Shown piece by piece: positions 49,941-59,515 of a stretch of DNA of 64,000 bases. Below the pieces are notes generated by a model. It was not told where the DNA came from, made no database searches, and saw nothing but the letters and a program-made list of their open reading frames with translations. Position 1 is the first letter of the stretch, and every line of letters starts with the position of its first letter. The stretch lies in assembly GCA_963662665.2 (NCBI GenBank), contig CAXXJS010000055.1, positions 1 to 64,000 on the forward strand. Reading direction: 5' to 3'. The DNA is from Candidatus Latescibacterota bacterium. GTDB lineage: Bacteria; Latescibacterota; UBA2968; GCA-2709665. The translations under genes were made by a program, and so were the position numbers.

Positions 49941-50789
49941 ATGCAATTCCACTACTGGATTGCCGCACTGATCTGGCTTGCGGCACAGATACCTGCTGAG
50001 GCAGGGAAACCGGACTGGTACGGTTTACGCGACCAACGTCAATTCCGCTGGGGTGGAAGTATCGATGAAATGCCTCAGATTCGGCTTCTGCCGTCAGGAG
50101 ACGAGGAAGGCTCGCGGGTCGTTTACGGAGACGCGGGGGGCAGCCTGAATGTTGTTAGGTACGTCGACGGACGTGGATATGAGGAGTGGAAGAGCGAGCC
50201 GTTGGGATCCGCCGTCCTCGGAGTTTTTGTGGAGGATGTCGATGCCGACGGGGAATTTGAAATTGTCGCCTACACGTTTACGCGCATCGTATTGTACAGT
50301 GCGGCCGACTACAGTTTTATATGGCAGATCCAGGAGGACATCACCCACGTCGCAATAGCGAATGTGGACGATGATCCCCAGCTGGAATTCGTCTATCTGG
50401 TCAAGAGCATAGGCCATAGCGAGATGCACATCCACGTTTATGACTGTCTGGAGCTGTACGAGCAGGGAATCAGCGACGTGATCCCCAAGGAATCGATTCA
50501 CGCCCAGAGCATGGTGATCGCGGATTTCGACGACGACTACGGCCTGGAGGTCGTATTGAATACCGGTGTGGTCGTGGACCTCGACACGTTGATCCTGGAG
50601 TGGTACTTTGCCGACGGATTTGGCGACCGACTGGGCTATCTGGATATTGACGGCGATGGCGTCCTGGAGCTGATCGGCGAAGTAAACGGACTTCATCACA
50701 GCCGTTATCTTCGCATTTTCAACGTAGACATCCAGTCAGAGACGTTTCTGGTCCTGCCGAAGGATGAAAGACAGGTCGAAGCGGAATAG
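49941..50789 (+). CDS. Exported FG-GAP/VCBS-repeat protein, paralogue of the upstream gene without the heme domain
   Basis: Shared motifs VYGD, DVDADGEFEIVAY, ANVDDDPQLE, NTGVV, GYLDIDGDGVLELIGE. Confidence 0.8.
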   Translation: MQFHYWIAALIWLAAQIPAEAGKPDWYGLRDQRQFRWGGSIDEMPQIRLLPSGDEEGSRVVYGDAGGSLNVVRYVDGRGYEEWKSEPLGSAVLGVFVEDVDADGEFEIVAYTFTRIVLYSAADYSFIWQIQEDITHVAIANVDDDPQLEFVYLVKSIGHSEMHIHVYDCLELYEQGISDVIPKESIHAQSMVIADFDDDYGLEVVLNTGVVVDLDTLILEWYFADGFGDRLGYLDIDGDGVLELIGEVNGLHHSRYLRIFNVDIQSETFLVLPKDERQVEAE

Positions 50790-50809
50790 CGACCTTCACG
50801 GGCAACGGT

Positions 50810-52099
50810 ATGCGAACTGAAATTCTAGACGAACATGAGTCTAAAGAGGGCGACTTGAACCATCATGCGGAGAGCCAGACTCCCTCATCTGAAGATCGCG
50901 CGTCCGGCTTCCTGTCCGGCGACAGGCCTTTCTTTCGCCTGGCGATTCTCTTGTTTCTTGTAGGGTTCCTCTACGTAATTCACCAGGACCTTTCTCCGTT
51001 TCTGATCGGCCTTTTGTTGCTCGCCATACTGGTAATGGTGCGAAAGGGAGTAAGGTTCGAAGCGGGAGTTGCGGTGGTTGTGGTTCTGCTGTTTGGCGCC
51101 TGGCTGATGGGCGACATGGCAGGGTTATTCTGGCCGTTCGTAACCTCGTTTGTATTGGCTTACCTGCTGTCTCCGCTTGTTGGCCTTATGGAGCGCTGGA
51201 TGTCCCGCACGATTGCCATCGCCCTGATGGTGGTCGTCATACTTGGGGTAGTGTCCGGTATCGGCATTGTGGTCATTCCGGTGGTGACCCACGAACTCCT
51301 CGACTTCGGCCGTCAGGTTCCCAACTATACGTCCATACTCAAGGATCTCTACGATCGGTTCTTTTTGTGGCTGCAAACGATCGGGATCACACTTCCCAAG
51401 GGCGAGATCCAACGGTTGCTGCTGGAACGATTGCCGAAGTTGGGCGAACTTTTCGCAGAGCAGACCATCGCGGCCCTCAAGGGGTTGAGTTCCGGTCTGG
51501 CAACGCTTCTGAACCTGTTGATGATCCCTTTCGTAACCTTTTATATGATCAAGGACTACGAGCGTATAAAACACACCCTGGCGCGGATACTTCCCCGCCG
51601 GCACGCCGCATCCGCCGGCGAGTTATTAACGAGGGTCGACGAAGTCCTGGGCCAATACCTGCGCGGGCAGATGCTCGTCAGCAGTTTTATCGCGTTGCTG
51701 ACATCCGCAGGTCTGCTTGTATTCGGTATCCGATACGCCGTCCTGCTGGGTCTTATGGCAGGTCTGTTCAACCTCATACCCTACATTGGAATGGCGGTTG
51801 CGTTCAGCGTGGCGTGCCTCGTGGCAATACTCGACGCGGACCCGGCGGGCAACCTGCTTAAGGTTATCGGAGTATTCGTTGTTGTGCAGGGTATCGAAGG
51901 CAATTTCCTGTCGCCTCGCGTTGTGGGGCAACGCGTCGGGCTGCATCCCGTCTGGGTGATGTTTGCGCTCGTCGTCGGCGCCCATTTCTGGGGATTCATC
52001 GGAATGCTCATCGCAATTCCGGCCGCGGCCGTCGTCAATATCCTGTGTAAGGTCATCGCTGAACGGTACTATAGTTCACTGTACTACAAAACCGAATAA
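50810..52099 (+). CDS. AI-2E family transporter (start uncertain)
   Basis: LAYLLSP, YLRGQ, NLIPYIG, QGIEGNFLSPRVVG, GLHP. Confidence 0.92.
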   Translation: MRTEILDEHESKEGDLNHHAESQTPSSEDRASGFLSGDRPFFRLAILLFLVGFLYVIHQDLSPFLIGLLLLAILVMVRKGVRFEAGVAVVVVLLFGAWLMGDMAGLFWPFVTSFVLAYLLSPLVGLMERWMSRTIAIALMVVVILGVVSGIGIVVIPVVTHELLDFGRQVPNYTSILKDLYDRFFLWLQTIGITLPKGEIQRLLLERLPKLGELFAEQTIAALKGLSSGLATLLNLLMIPFVTFYMIKDYERIKHTLARILPRRHAASAGELLTRVDEVLGQYLRGQMLVSSFIALLTSAGLLVFGIRYAVLLGLMAGLFNLIPYIGMAVAFSVACLVAILDADPAGNLLKVIGVFVVVQGIEGNFLSPRVVGQRVGLHPVWVMFALVVGAHFWGFIGMLIAIPAAAVVNILCKVIAERYYSSLYYKTE

Positions 52100-52181
52100 T
52101 TCGCGCTCGTATGGTGTTGCGTTTCAGGTTTGTCGAGACCCGGTCACGACGGTCGTCCAGTGTTCCGCGATAACATTTCAC

Positions 52182-52210
52182 TTGACGGCGGTGGCAAGAC
52201 CATTTAGATT
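52182..52210 (+). promoter_or_regulatory. Putative promoter for tRNA-Pro(GGG)
   Basis: TTGACG-17 bp-TAGATT. Confidence 0.6.
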
Positions 52211-52238
52211 TTCGCCCCGGCAGGAAGCAAGTTGAGAT

Positions 52239-52315
52239 CGGAGCGTGGCGCAGCCCGGTAGCGCACTATCTTGGGGTGATAGGGGTCGCTGGTTCAAATC
52301 CAGTCGCTCCGACCA
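52239..52315 (+). tRNA. tRNA-Pro(GGG)
   Basis: Acceptor CGGAGCG/CGCTCCG, anticodon arm CTATC-TTGGGGT-GATAG, GGTTCAAATCC, encoded CCA. Confidence 0.95.
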
Positions 52316-52321
52316 AAAGAG

Positions 52322-52359
52322 ACAGGGACTTACGACGTCGATCGTGAGTCCCTGTTTTT
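52322..52359 (+). terminator. Hairpin/terminator after tRNA-Pro(GGG)
   Basis: ACAGGGACTTACGA...TCGTGAGTCCCTGT followed by Ts. Confidence 0.75.
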
Positions 52360-52471
52360 CGGGTAGCGGTTCTGTGGCGCACCTTCCCTTGAATTTAAAA
52401 CCGGTTTCCCCGTTTTCCGGGCATCGGACGTCACAGAACCGGGTCCGGAGAATTCGGGAGGTCTGGAAACG

Positions 52472-53398
52472 GTGGACGGCACGAAACCAACATCCTTCCG
52501 GCGGGGTTGGAAGCACTTCACGGGCCTCGGCCTGCGTGGGTTCTGCATGGGTGCGGCCGACGTGGTTCCCGGGGTTTCAGGTGGGACGATCGCCTTCGTT
52601 ACGGGGATTTACGAGGAGTTGATTTACGCAATCCGTTCCATCGATCGCGGCCTCGCGAGACTGCTGATTGCCCTCAGATTCCGGGAGGCGCTGACTCGGG
52701 TCCCGTGGCAGTTTCTTGGCACCCTGGGCATAGGCATTTTGCTGGCTGTGGTGACCCTGGCGCGAGGTATTCAATGGATGCTCCATCATAGACCGGAATT
52801 GATCTGGGCATTCTTCTTCGGGCTGGTTGTAGCGTCCGTGTTCGTGGTGAGAAAAAGGGTGGTCGCGTGGCGCGTACCAACCTGGATCACCGCAGTCGCG
52901 GCGGCATTGCTGTTCTACGTTGTTGTCGGCCTCGTGCCGGCAAAAACGCCGGATTCGCCGTGGTTTCTTTTCCTCTGCGGCGTCATCTCCATATCCGCAA
53001 TGATTCTCCCGGGTATCTCAGGTTCGTTCATTCTGGTGCTGCTGGGGAAGTACGAATATCTCCTGGCGGCGTTGAACAACCGGGACCTTGTCCCGATCGT
53101 CGTGTTTGCAGGCGGGGCTGCCGTGGGGATTCTGAGTTTCGCCCGGGTTCTGTCTTGGATATTCAGACGGCAACATGACCTGACAGTTGCTGCGTTAACA
53201 GGGTTTATGGTCGGTTCCTTGCGGAAGATCTGGCCCTGGAAGGAGGACGTTGCGGGGCTTGCGACCGACGCAAGACGGGTGCAGTTGAACGTCCTGCCCG
53301 AGGCGATTGACGGCGAATTCACTGCCGCCGTCGGACTGGCCCTGTTGGGGTTCGCGATCGTGGTCTTCCTGGATCGACTGTCGGAATGCCGTCGCTGA
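52472..53398 (+). CDS. DUF368-family membrane protein (undecaprenyl-phosphate translocase family)
   Basis: MGAADVVPGVSGGTIAFVTGIYE and AMILPGISGSF. Confidence 0.9.
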   Translation: MDGTKPTSFRRGWKHFTGLGLRGFCMGAADVVPGVSGGTIAFVTGIYEELIYAIRSIDRGLARLLIALRFREALTRVPWQFLGTLGIGILLAVVTLARGIQWMLHHRPELIWAFFFGLVVASVFVVRKRVVAWRVPTWITAVAAALLFYVVVGLVPAKTPDSPWFLFLCGVISISAMILPGISGSFILVLLGKYEYLLAALNNRDLVPIVVFAGGAAVGILSFARVLSWIFRRQHDLTVAALTGFMVGSLRKIWPWKEDVAGLATDARRVQLNVLPEAIDGEFTAAVGLALLGFAIVVFLDRLSECRR

Positions 53399-53541
53399 AT
53401 CGCAGGCCAGCCCGTGTGGTTGCTCTGGAGGAAACGCGTTCCCTGATAGTTGCCCTGTTCGCTGCCGGCTTCCCGCTACCCGGTCGATTTCGAGTTTTTG
53501 CTTGCCACCTGGCCGTTTTCTTGTATTTTAATTGTCAAATT

Positions 53542-53618
53542 CGGGGCGTGGCTCAGTCCGGTAGAGCGCCTGCTTCGGGAGCAGGAGGCCCCCGGTTCGA
53601 ATCCGGGCGCCCCGACCA
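53542..53618 (+). tRNA. tRNA-Pro(CGG)
   Basis: Acceptor CGGGGCG/CGCCCCG, anticodon arm CCTGC-TTCGGGA-GCAGG, GGTTCGAATCC, encoded CCA. Confidence 0.95.
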
Positions 53619-53624
53619 TTATAT

Positions 53625-53661
53625 AACAAGGGTTTACGTCTGCCTGACGTAAACCCTTGTT
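53625..53661. terminator. Long hairpin after tRNA-Pro(CGG)
   Basis: Perfect 16-bp stem AACAAGGGTTTACGTC / GACGTAAACCCTTGTT. Confidence 0.7.
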
Positions 53662-53976
53662 GCGTGAACATCCGTGTATAGATTAGAATGAACAGCGCGT
53701 TGAGGGTTTCGGTATCCGGGTCTGAGCGAAGAAATGAAAACGGGGCGAGAGATGTGAACGACGGTCCTGGCAATGAGAACTTCCTGGTTACGGAGGGGTT
53801 GGCCATGCTCCGGGAGTTGACGTCGCAACCGGACAATACTGCCTTTCACAGCCGCTGACGCCGGTCCACGCGGCAGGGCCGATAAGGTGACAACCGCACA
53901 CTTCCACTTATCCCGTTCATCCTGTCATTCCATGTAAATTCATCGCCTTCCGGATCGCCCAATTTGCAAAATTCCC

Positions 53977-53998
53977 TTGACAAGACAGATATTTGTCT
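53977..53998 (+). promoter_or_regulatory. lexA -35 element with an adjacent candidate operator
   Basis: TTGACA immediately followed by the near-perfect palindrome AGACAGAT-ATTTGTCT. Confidence 0.6.
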
Positions 53999-54063
53999 GT
54001 TTTTTTTATTGATATTTCCTCATTGTCCGTTTCTCTTATGTGTTCCGAATCGAGGAACGCGCC

Positions 54064-54681
54064 ATGGCTTATACGCCGCCCGGACAAACCCGTGAAAAAA
54101 TCTATGAGTTCGTAAGGGGGCGTATCCTCAGCGGAGCGCCGCCCAGCACGCGGGAGGTGCAGAAAGCGTTTGGATTCCGGGCAGTTCAGTCCGCTCGCCA
54201 GCACCTGGAGGCGCTGGTTCTGGAGGGCAGACTGGTCAAGGATTCCGGAAAGGCCAGGTCCCACCGTTTGCCGAAGATGGGGAGGGTGGGTTCCTCCCAT
54301 CTGATCCCGGTATTGGGTCGTGTGCAGGCCGGGGACCTGACCGCCGCCATCCAGAATCCGGAAGACTATCTTCCGGTTCAACAATCCCGCTACGAAGGCA
54401 GCGAACTCTTCGCCCTTACGGTTCAGGGAGACAGTATGCTCAAGGCCGGCATCCTGCACGGCGATATCGTGATCGTTCGCCGGCAGCAGGCGGCCAGGTC
54501 GGGAGACATCGTCGTCGCCATGGTGGGCGAGGAGGCAACGGTCAAGAGGTATCGAGAGAGAGGCGGGCGCATCGAACTGCGACCGGAGAATGAAGCCTTC
54601 GAATCCATCATCCCCAGCGAAGACGGAGAACCGTTTTCAATTCTGGGGAAGGTCATCGAGGTGCGCAGGCATATCGAGTAA
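54064..54681 (+). CDS. lexA: LexA repressor
   Basis: PPSTREV HTH, cleavage site GRVQAG, catalytic GDSM and ATVK, LRPEN. Confidence 0.92.
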   Translation: MAYTPPGQTREKIYEFVRGRILSGAPPSTREVQKAFGFRAVQSARQHLEALVLEGRLVKDSGKARSHRLPKMGRVGSSHLIPVLGRVQAGDLTAAIQNPEDYLPVQQSRYEGSELFALTVQGDSMLKAGILHGDIVIVRRQQAARSGDIVVAMVGEEATVKRYRERGGRIELRPENEAFESIIPSEDGEPFSILGKVIEVRRHIE

Positions 54682-54807
54682 CGCCTGAATAAAAAACTTT
54701 AGAGGATTACGCCACAACACATTGTATCGAGTTTGATTCCGTCTGAATGAGATGTCTTCGAATTCCTGCCACAGACAATCAAGATTGCATTCCCAAACCC
54801 CGGAGGG

Positions 54808-56718
54808 ATGATGGCTTCCATCAGGCGTTACGCCATTCCGCACAGCCGAATGCCGTTCATCAATGCCGAATTGGCAATTGTTCAGTTTCGCGGAGATATT
54901 CATCTGGTCAGCAGCGTCTGGGGAGGCAGTTCGGGCGGGCGGATCTACTTTTGGAATCCGGACACCCAATCCCGGGGCATGAGGGAGTTGCCCGGAGGCA
55001 TACCCGGCGCCTACATGTTGAGTACCGCCGCCGACGGCTGCCTCTATCTGGGTTGCGGGAATGGGGATCTCATCCGGTACGACCCGATTGCCGACGCCTT
55101 TGAAATTCTGGTAACCGGCGAACTGACGTCCATTACGTGGGGTGGCTGCGTGACGGACCGGTATGCGGTCTGGGAGGCATCGCCCGGGCACGTGGGGGTG
55201 TACGACTGGCGGGAGTCACGGCTTGTTAAGGTTTTTCGGCCCATCGACACGGAACTCCCAACCGCGCTCTACGGCCACAACGTCGTGGAAGCGCCGGACG
55301 GCCGGGTTCTGCTCGCCATCGACGTACCTCAGTCGCGGCTGGTATTGCTGAACCTCGAAACCCTGACAGCGGAGTCCCACACACCTGAAAACATCCGGGG
55401 CGTGGGGTCAACGACCGACGCTTTTTTCTGGGACGACGGGACTCTTGCGGCCTTTGTCAGGGGCGAACTCCATTTCATGGCGTATCCGGGTTTTGAATTA
55501 AAACAGAGGATTGAGTGCCCCGAGAACGGTGGGTTGGGTGGAAAGGCCTGTGTTGTAGACGGCCGTCTTTATGCGTACAGCGCGGCTGACAGCTCGCTTT
55601 ACGTGCTGGACCGTGGGGCGGAAAGATGGGAGGTTGCGGCGCCTGAATGGTCCGATGGGGGTCCGGCAACCATGCATCCGTGGGGCGAAGCCGCCGTGTG
55701 CGGCCTGACGTTGTCTGGCGTTGCGCTCCGATACGATACACGGACGCGGCGGACGGACCGAATCGATCTGGAATCCACCGGTCCCATGGCCGCACATGCC
55801 TTGTGTCCCGTACCTGAAAGGAAGATAATCGTTGGCGCACCGTTCATCAACCAGCGGTTCTGGATGATCGACATGGAAACGGGAGAAGGAAGGGACTGCG
55901 GACGGGCCGCTCCTGGCGGGGGGCAGATCAATCAGATCATCTGGGAGCCAATCACCCAACGGGTACTACAAAGCAGCTATACCACGTCATCGGTAACCGC
56001 ATTCGATCCCGGGTCGCCTTTGGATTGGCCTCGCAACCCGCATGTACTGGCCAGCGCGCAGAAGGAAGGGCAGATGAGACCCACGGGGCTCGTACACGAC
56101 GGGGAATTCGTCTGGATGTCAACGAGCCCCGAGTACGGACATCTCGGCGGCGCGCTGACCCGGATCGATCCCGCGACCGGCGAAGTTCGGATCTGGCGGC
56201 ATCTTGTGCAGGATCAGAAAGTGAATTCCGTGCTGGTCGATTCGAGCCGACGCCGCGTTTACTGCGGAACCGAAATCTACGCCGATGCGAACTCCGCCCC
56301 GCCCACTCAAACGACCGGGCACCTGGTGTCATTCGATATGGACGAACTTGAAATCGTCCGCTGCCAGGCCATCCAGGAAAGTGAAGGCGCCGCAAGAGTG
56401 ATGGCCGTCCTGCCGGCGGGGGAGGTCCTCGCCCTTCAACGCAACACGCTCTACGCCTGGAATGCAGAGGACGGCGCTCTGCGCGATCTGGGTCCGGCGC
56501 CATCCGGTTGCCGGGAGGTCGCGGCGGATACGACCACGGGATCCCTGTGGACGTCGGCAGGGGGAAAGATCGGACGCATGCAAGTGCGTGATCACGAAGT
56601 TTACTTCACGCCGTTGATCGACGGAGGGGGAGAATACTTACACATATTGGACCGCAACCTGTATTTCGCCTCCGGATTCGAGGTCTGCCAGGTGGACCTC
56701 CGGAATTTCGACGGTTAA
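54808..56718 (+). CDS. Hypothetical protein, probable beta-propeller
   Basis: 636 aa with repeated YDP/FDP/IDP strand-turn motifs, PEYGHLGG; no signal peptide. Confidence 0.72.
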   Translation: MMASIRRYAIPHSRMPFINAELAIVQFRGDIHLVSSVWGGSSGGRIYFWNPDTQSRGMRELPGGIPGAYMLSTAADGCLYLGCGNGDLIRYDPIADAFEILVTGELTSITWGGCVTDRYAVWEASPGHVGVYDWRESRLVKVFRPIDTELPTALYGHNVVEAPDGRVLLAIDVPQSRLVLLNLETLTAESHTPENIRGVGSTTDAFFWDDGTLAAFVRGELHFMAYPGFELKQRIECPENGGLGGKACVVDGRLYAYSAADSSLYVLDRGAERWEVAAPEWSDGGPATMHPWGEAAVCGLTLSGVALRYDTRTRRTDRIDLESTGPMAAHALCPVPERKIIVGAPFINQRFWMIDMETGEGRDCGRAAPGGGQINQIIWEPITQRVLQSSYTTSSVTAFDPGSPLDWPRNPHVLASAQKEGQMRPTGLVHDGEFVWMSTSPEYGHLGGALTRIDPATGEVRIWRHLVQDQKVNSVLVDSSRRRVYCGTEIYADANSAPPTQTTGHLVSFDMDELEIVRCQAIQESEGAARVMAVLPAGEVLALQRNTLYAWNAEDGALRDLGPAPSGCREVAADTTTGSLWTSAGGKIGRMQVRDHEVYFTPLIDGGGEYLHILDRNLYFASGFEVCQVDLRNFDG

Positions 56719-56769
56719 CAGTCGGTTGTAAAAAATCGCTCAGCCCGGATGGAGTTTTTCAATGGGCTG
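56719..56769 (+). mobile_element. MITE copy 5 (51 bp, ends only)
   Basis: CAGTCGGTTGTAAAA...CAGCCCGGATGGAGTTTTTCAATGGGCTG, immediately after the TAA stop at 56718. Confidence 0.72.
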
Positions 56770-56923
56770 TCAAGTCTTGAGAAACTTGCGGCAACGGAAT
56801 GAACGGCCTATATTTGACGCAGTCGAAACTCACCTTAACATGAGGCGCATTCCGCGCGCCGTGACAGTGTGAATCACGCGCTCCGGGTGTGGCCCTCAAC
56901 GAGGTTTGCGAGAGGAATCAAAT

Positions 56924-57361
56924 ATGTCAATTGCGCAGATATTGCCCGCAGATGCGCACGCGGGAATGGACGCCAAGTCGGATGCGGTCTATCTCGACGT
57001 GCGGACCGAATCGGAATTTGCCGTGGGTCATCCCGAAGGCGCGGTGAATATACCGGTGGCTTATCAGAGTCCGGCCGGCGGCATGATGCCAAACCCGGAT
57101 TTTCAGGCCGTGGTTGAGCGCGTCCTGAACAGGGAGTCGAACATCTACTGCGGTTGTCAGTCTGGTATACGTTCCCAATACGCCGCGGAGATGCTGGTGA
57201 AGGCCGGATACAGGAATGTTTCAAATGTTGTCGGAGGCTTCGGAGGCAAGGTGAATCCTGGAACGGGAATGGTGGAAATTCCCGGATGGCGGGATTCGGG
57301 ATTGCCGGTATCCACGGACGTCACCGGGGAGAATTCCTACGAAGGACAGAAGGTACGCTGA
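56924..57361 (+). CDS. Rhodanese-like domain protein
   Basis: YLDVRTESEFAVGHPEGAVNIP, CQSGIRS, VVGGF. Confidence 0.9.
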   Translation: MSIAQILPADAHAGMDAKSDAVYLDVRTESEFAVGHPEGAVNIPVAYQSPAGGMMPNPDFQAVVERVLNRESNIYCGCQSGIRSQYAAEMLVKAGYRNVSNVVGGFGGKVNPGTGMVEIPGWRDSGLPVSTDVTGENSYEGQKVR

Positions 57362-57721
57362 ACGCAAAATCGCGTTCTGAGGGTTAACAATAAGATGGGT
57401 GTTTCAGTTGTAGACCGGGGCGTCGGCCGCGCGCCGTCGACGGACGTGCATCCGGCTCTCCCGGTAGCAGAAAACAACGCCTTCTGCAGTGGAGCCATGC
57501 GGAAGGCGTGTCTGGAACGGGTCGGATTTTGTCGGTGGATCGAGGTCGATTCACAACGGGATGCGCGAAGGCGCATCCTTTTTGTTTCCAATTTGTTAAT
57601 GTAGCCGTCACGCCCGCGATATTCCGCACTGGTAGTGCCGGTATCAACGAGGAAATCCAATTGAGCCGTTGTACGGCGATCCAGATTCCGGGCCGCCGCC
57701 GTTGAGAAAGGGCAAACCACG

Positions 57722-58585
57722 TTGGACATCGACTATAGCGCGCCCGCCGTTCAGGCAAAGGACCTGACCAAGGTCTTCCGGGTGCCAGACAACGAGGCGG
57801 CAGGGGCGAACGGCTTCCTGGGCCGCTTCAGGCGCCGCCGCAGGGAAATCATGGCAATCGACCGGGTCGGGTTTGAGGTGCGGCGGGGGGAAATTTTCGG
57901 CATTCTGGGCCCGAATGGCTCGGGGAAGTCAACACTGATTCGAATCCTCTCAACCCTGGTCTTTCCCGACAGCGGCGAGGCCCGCGTTTTCGGGCTGCAC
58001 GTCGAACGGGAGGCGATGCGGGTGAAGCGTCTCATAAACCGGGTGTCGGTAGACGCGGCCTTTTTCAAGAAACTCTCGGCGTGGGAAAACCTGAGTTACG
58101 CGGCCCGGTTGTACGGAGTTCCGGTGCGCGAGGGGCGGAGGAAGGCCGAAGCGATTCTGGGAGAAATGGGGTTCGGAGACGACCGAATGGACCAGCCCGT
58201 GGAGGACCTTTCGCGCGGAATGCAACAGAAGGTGGCGGTAGCCCGAGCGCTCTTTACGTCGCCCGTTCTCCTGCTGATGGACGAGCCGACGACCGGATTG
58301 GACCCGGTATCAAAGCGCCAGGTGCAGGATTACGTCATGGGGATTCGCGAGCGCCATGAAGCAACGGTACTGTTAACAACCCACGACATGGACGAGGCGG
58401 AACGGGTGTGCAACCGGGTGTCGATTATTCACCATGGACGATTTATCGCCATGGGCACCGTAGAAGAACTTAAGGTCCGCGCCGGCTGCGTGGGGGGCAG
58501 TCTGGAGGAGGTGTTTTTCAAGATGACGGGAATGGATCTTGCCCACGCCGATCTGGAAGACGAAACGGAAGGAGACGGAGTATGA
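57722..58585 (+). CDS. ABC-2 type transporter ATPase
   Basis: GPNGSGKST, LSRGMQQK, MDEPTTGLD, TTHDMDE. Confidence 0.92.
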   Translation: MDIDYSAPAVQAKDLTKVFRVPDNEAAGANGFLGRFRRRRREIMAIDRVGFEVRRGEIFGILGPNGSGKSTLIRILSTLVFPDSGEARVFGLHVEREAMRVKRLINRVSVDAAFFKKLSAWENLSYAARLYGVPVREGRRKAEAILGEMGFGDDRMDQPVEDLSRGMQQKVAVARALFTSPVLLLMDEPTTGLDPVSKRQVQDYVMGIRERHEATVLLTTHDMDEAERVCNRVSIIHHGRFIAMGTVEELKVRAGCVGGSLEEVFFKMTGMDLAHADLEDETEGDGV

Positions 58586-59400
58586 ACCCGGTGACCGCCG
58601 AGATCAAGGCGTCGGTCGCGTTTATAGAGCGGAACTTCAACCTGGCGAGGCGGTACGCAAGCTGGGAATTGATATTTGTCGTCTGGAACGTGGTGCACGC
58701 GCTGACCATTGGCTTGATCGGGGTGTATATGGGTGGAAACGATCCGGTAAAAGTGCGGGAGGCCGTGCTCTTTCTGATCGTCGGCGCGGTACTCTGGAAT
58801 TTTCTTCGTCTGCTTTTTTTTGAGGTTGCCGACGCCGTTGCGTGGGAGCGTTGGGAGGGGACCATCGAATACACGTTTATGTCGCCCGTCTACAGACTGA
58901 CGCACCTCGCCGGTCAATGCGTGTACGCGATCATCTACGGGTTCCTCAGATCCGGTGTGGTTCTCGTCTCGGCGGTATTCTTTTTCAATCTGAGCCTTTC
59001 GGATGCGAACCTGACCACAGCGGTTGCCGTCCTGGCCACGGCCAGTCTCTCATTCCTGGGAATGGGGCTGATGGCGGCCGTATTTCCGCTTCTTTCACCG
59101 GAGAAAGGGGCGCGGGCCACCGATATTTTCGGCACCCTGGTGCTCCTGATTTCCGGTGTGTACTACGATGTTTCGGTACTTCCGGACTGGCTGCGGCCGC
59201 TGTCGACCTTTTCGCCCGGGACCTATGCGCTCCGATCTATCCGCACGGCGCTGTTGAACAACGCGAGTGTCGCCGACGTGCAGGGCGACCTCATTATCCT
59301 GACCATTTCAGGTGTAATCATGGTTCCCCTGGGATTGTGGACTTTTCATATAGCCGAGGTCTACGCCAAACGGACCGGTCGGCTGAAGCGTAGCGGGTGA
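58582..59400 (+). CDS. ABC-2 type permease
   Basis: About six hydrophobic helices, WERWEGTIEY, SGVYY..LPDW; overlaps the ATPase stop. Confidence 0.88.
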   Translation: MNPVTAEIKASVAFIERNFNLARRYASWELIFVVWNVVHALTIGLIGVYMGGNDPVKVREAVLFLIVGAVLWNFLRLLFFEVADAVAWERWEGTIEYTFMSPVYRLTHLAGQCVYAIIYGFLRSGVVLVSAVFFFNLSLSDANLTTAVAVLATASLSFLGMGLMAAVFPLLSPEKGARATDIFGTLVLLISGVYYDVSVLPDWLRPLSTFSPGTYALRSIRTALLNNASVADVQGDLIILTISGVIMVPLGLWTFHIAEVYAKRTGRLKRSG

Positions 59401-59515
59401 ACCCGCCGTCCTTACAGCCTTTATATTAATCTGGACAGTCTGGATTTTGTGTAAATGACCGAACACCTGTTGTCATGTCGTGTTGAGAACTTGAAAGGAA
59501 GGACGCATCGGAAGA

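Noticed and set aside
53662-53976. Small ORFs or an island remnant after tRNA-Pro(CGG)
   Set aside because: No integrase fragment, att repeat or convincing RBS-linked ORF
57395-57604. 69-aa ORF with three Cys upstream of the ABC-2 exporter as a peptide precursor
   Set aside because: No clear RBS, leader motif or adjacent modifying enzymes; coding status unsupported
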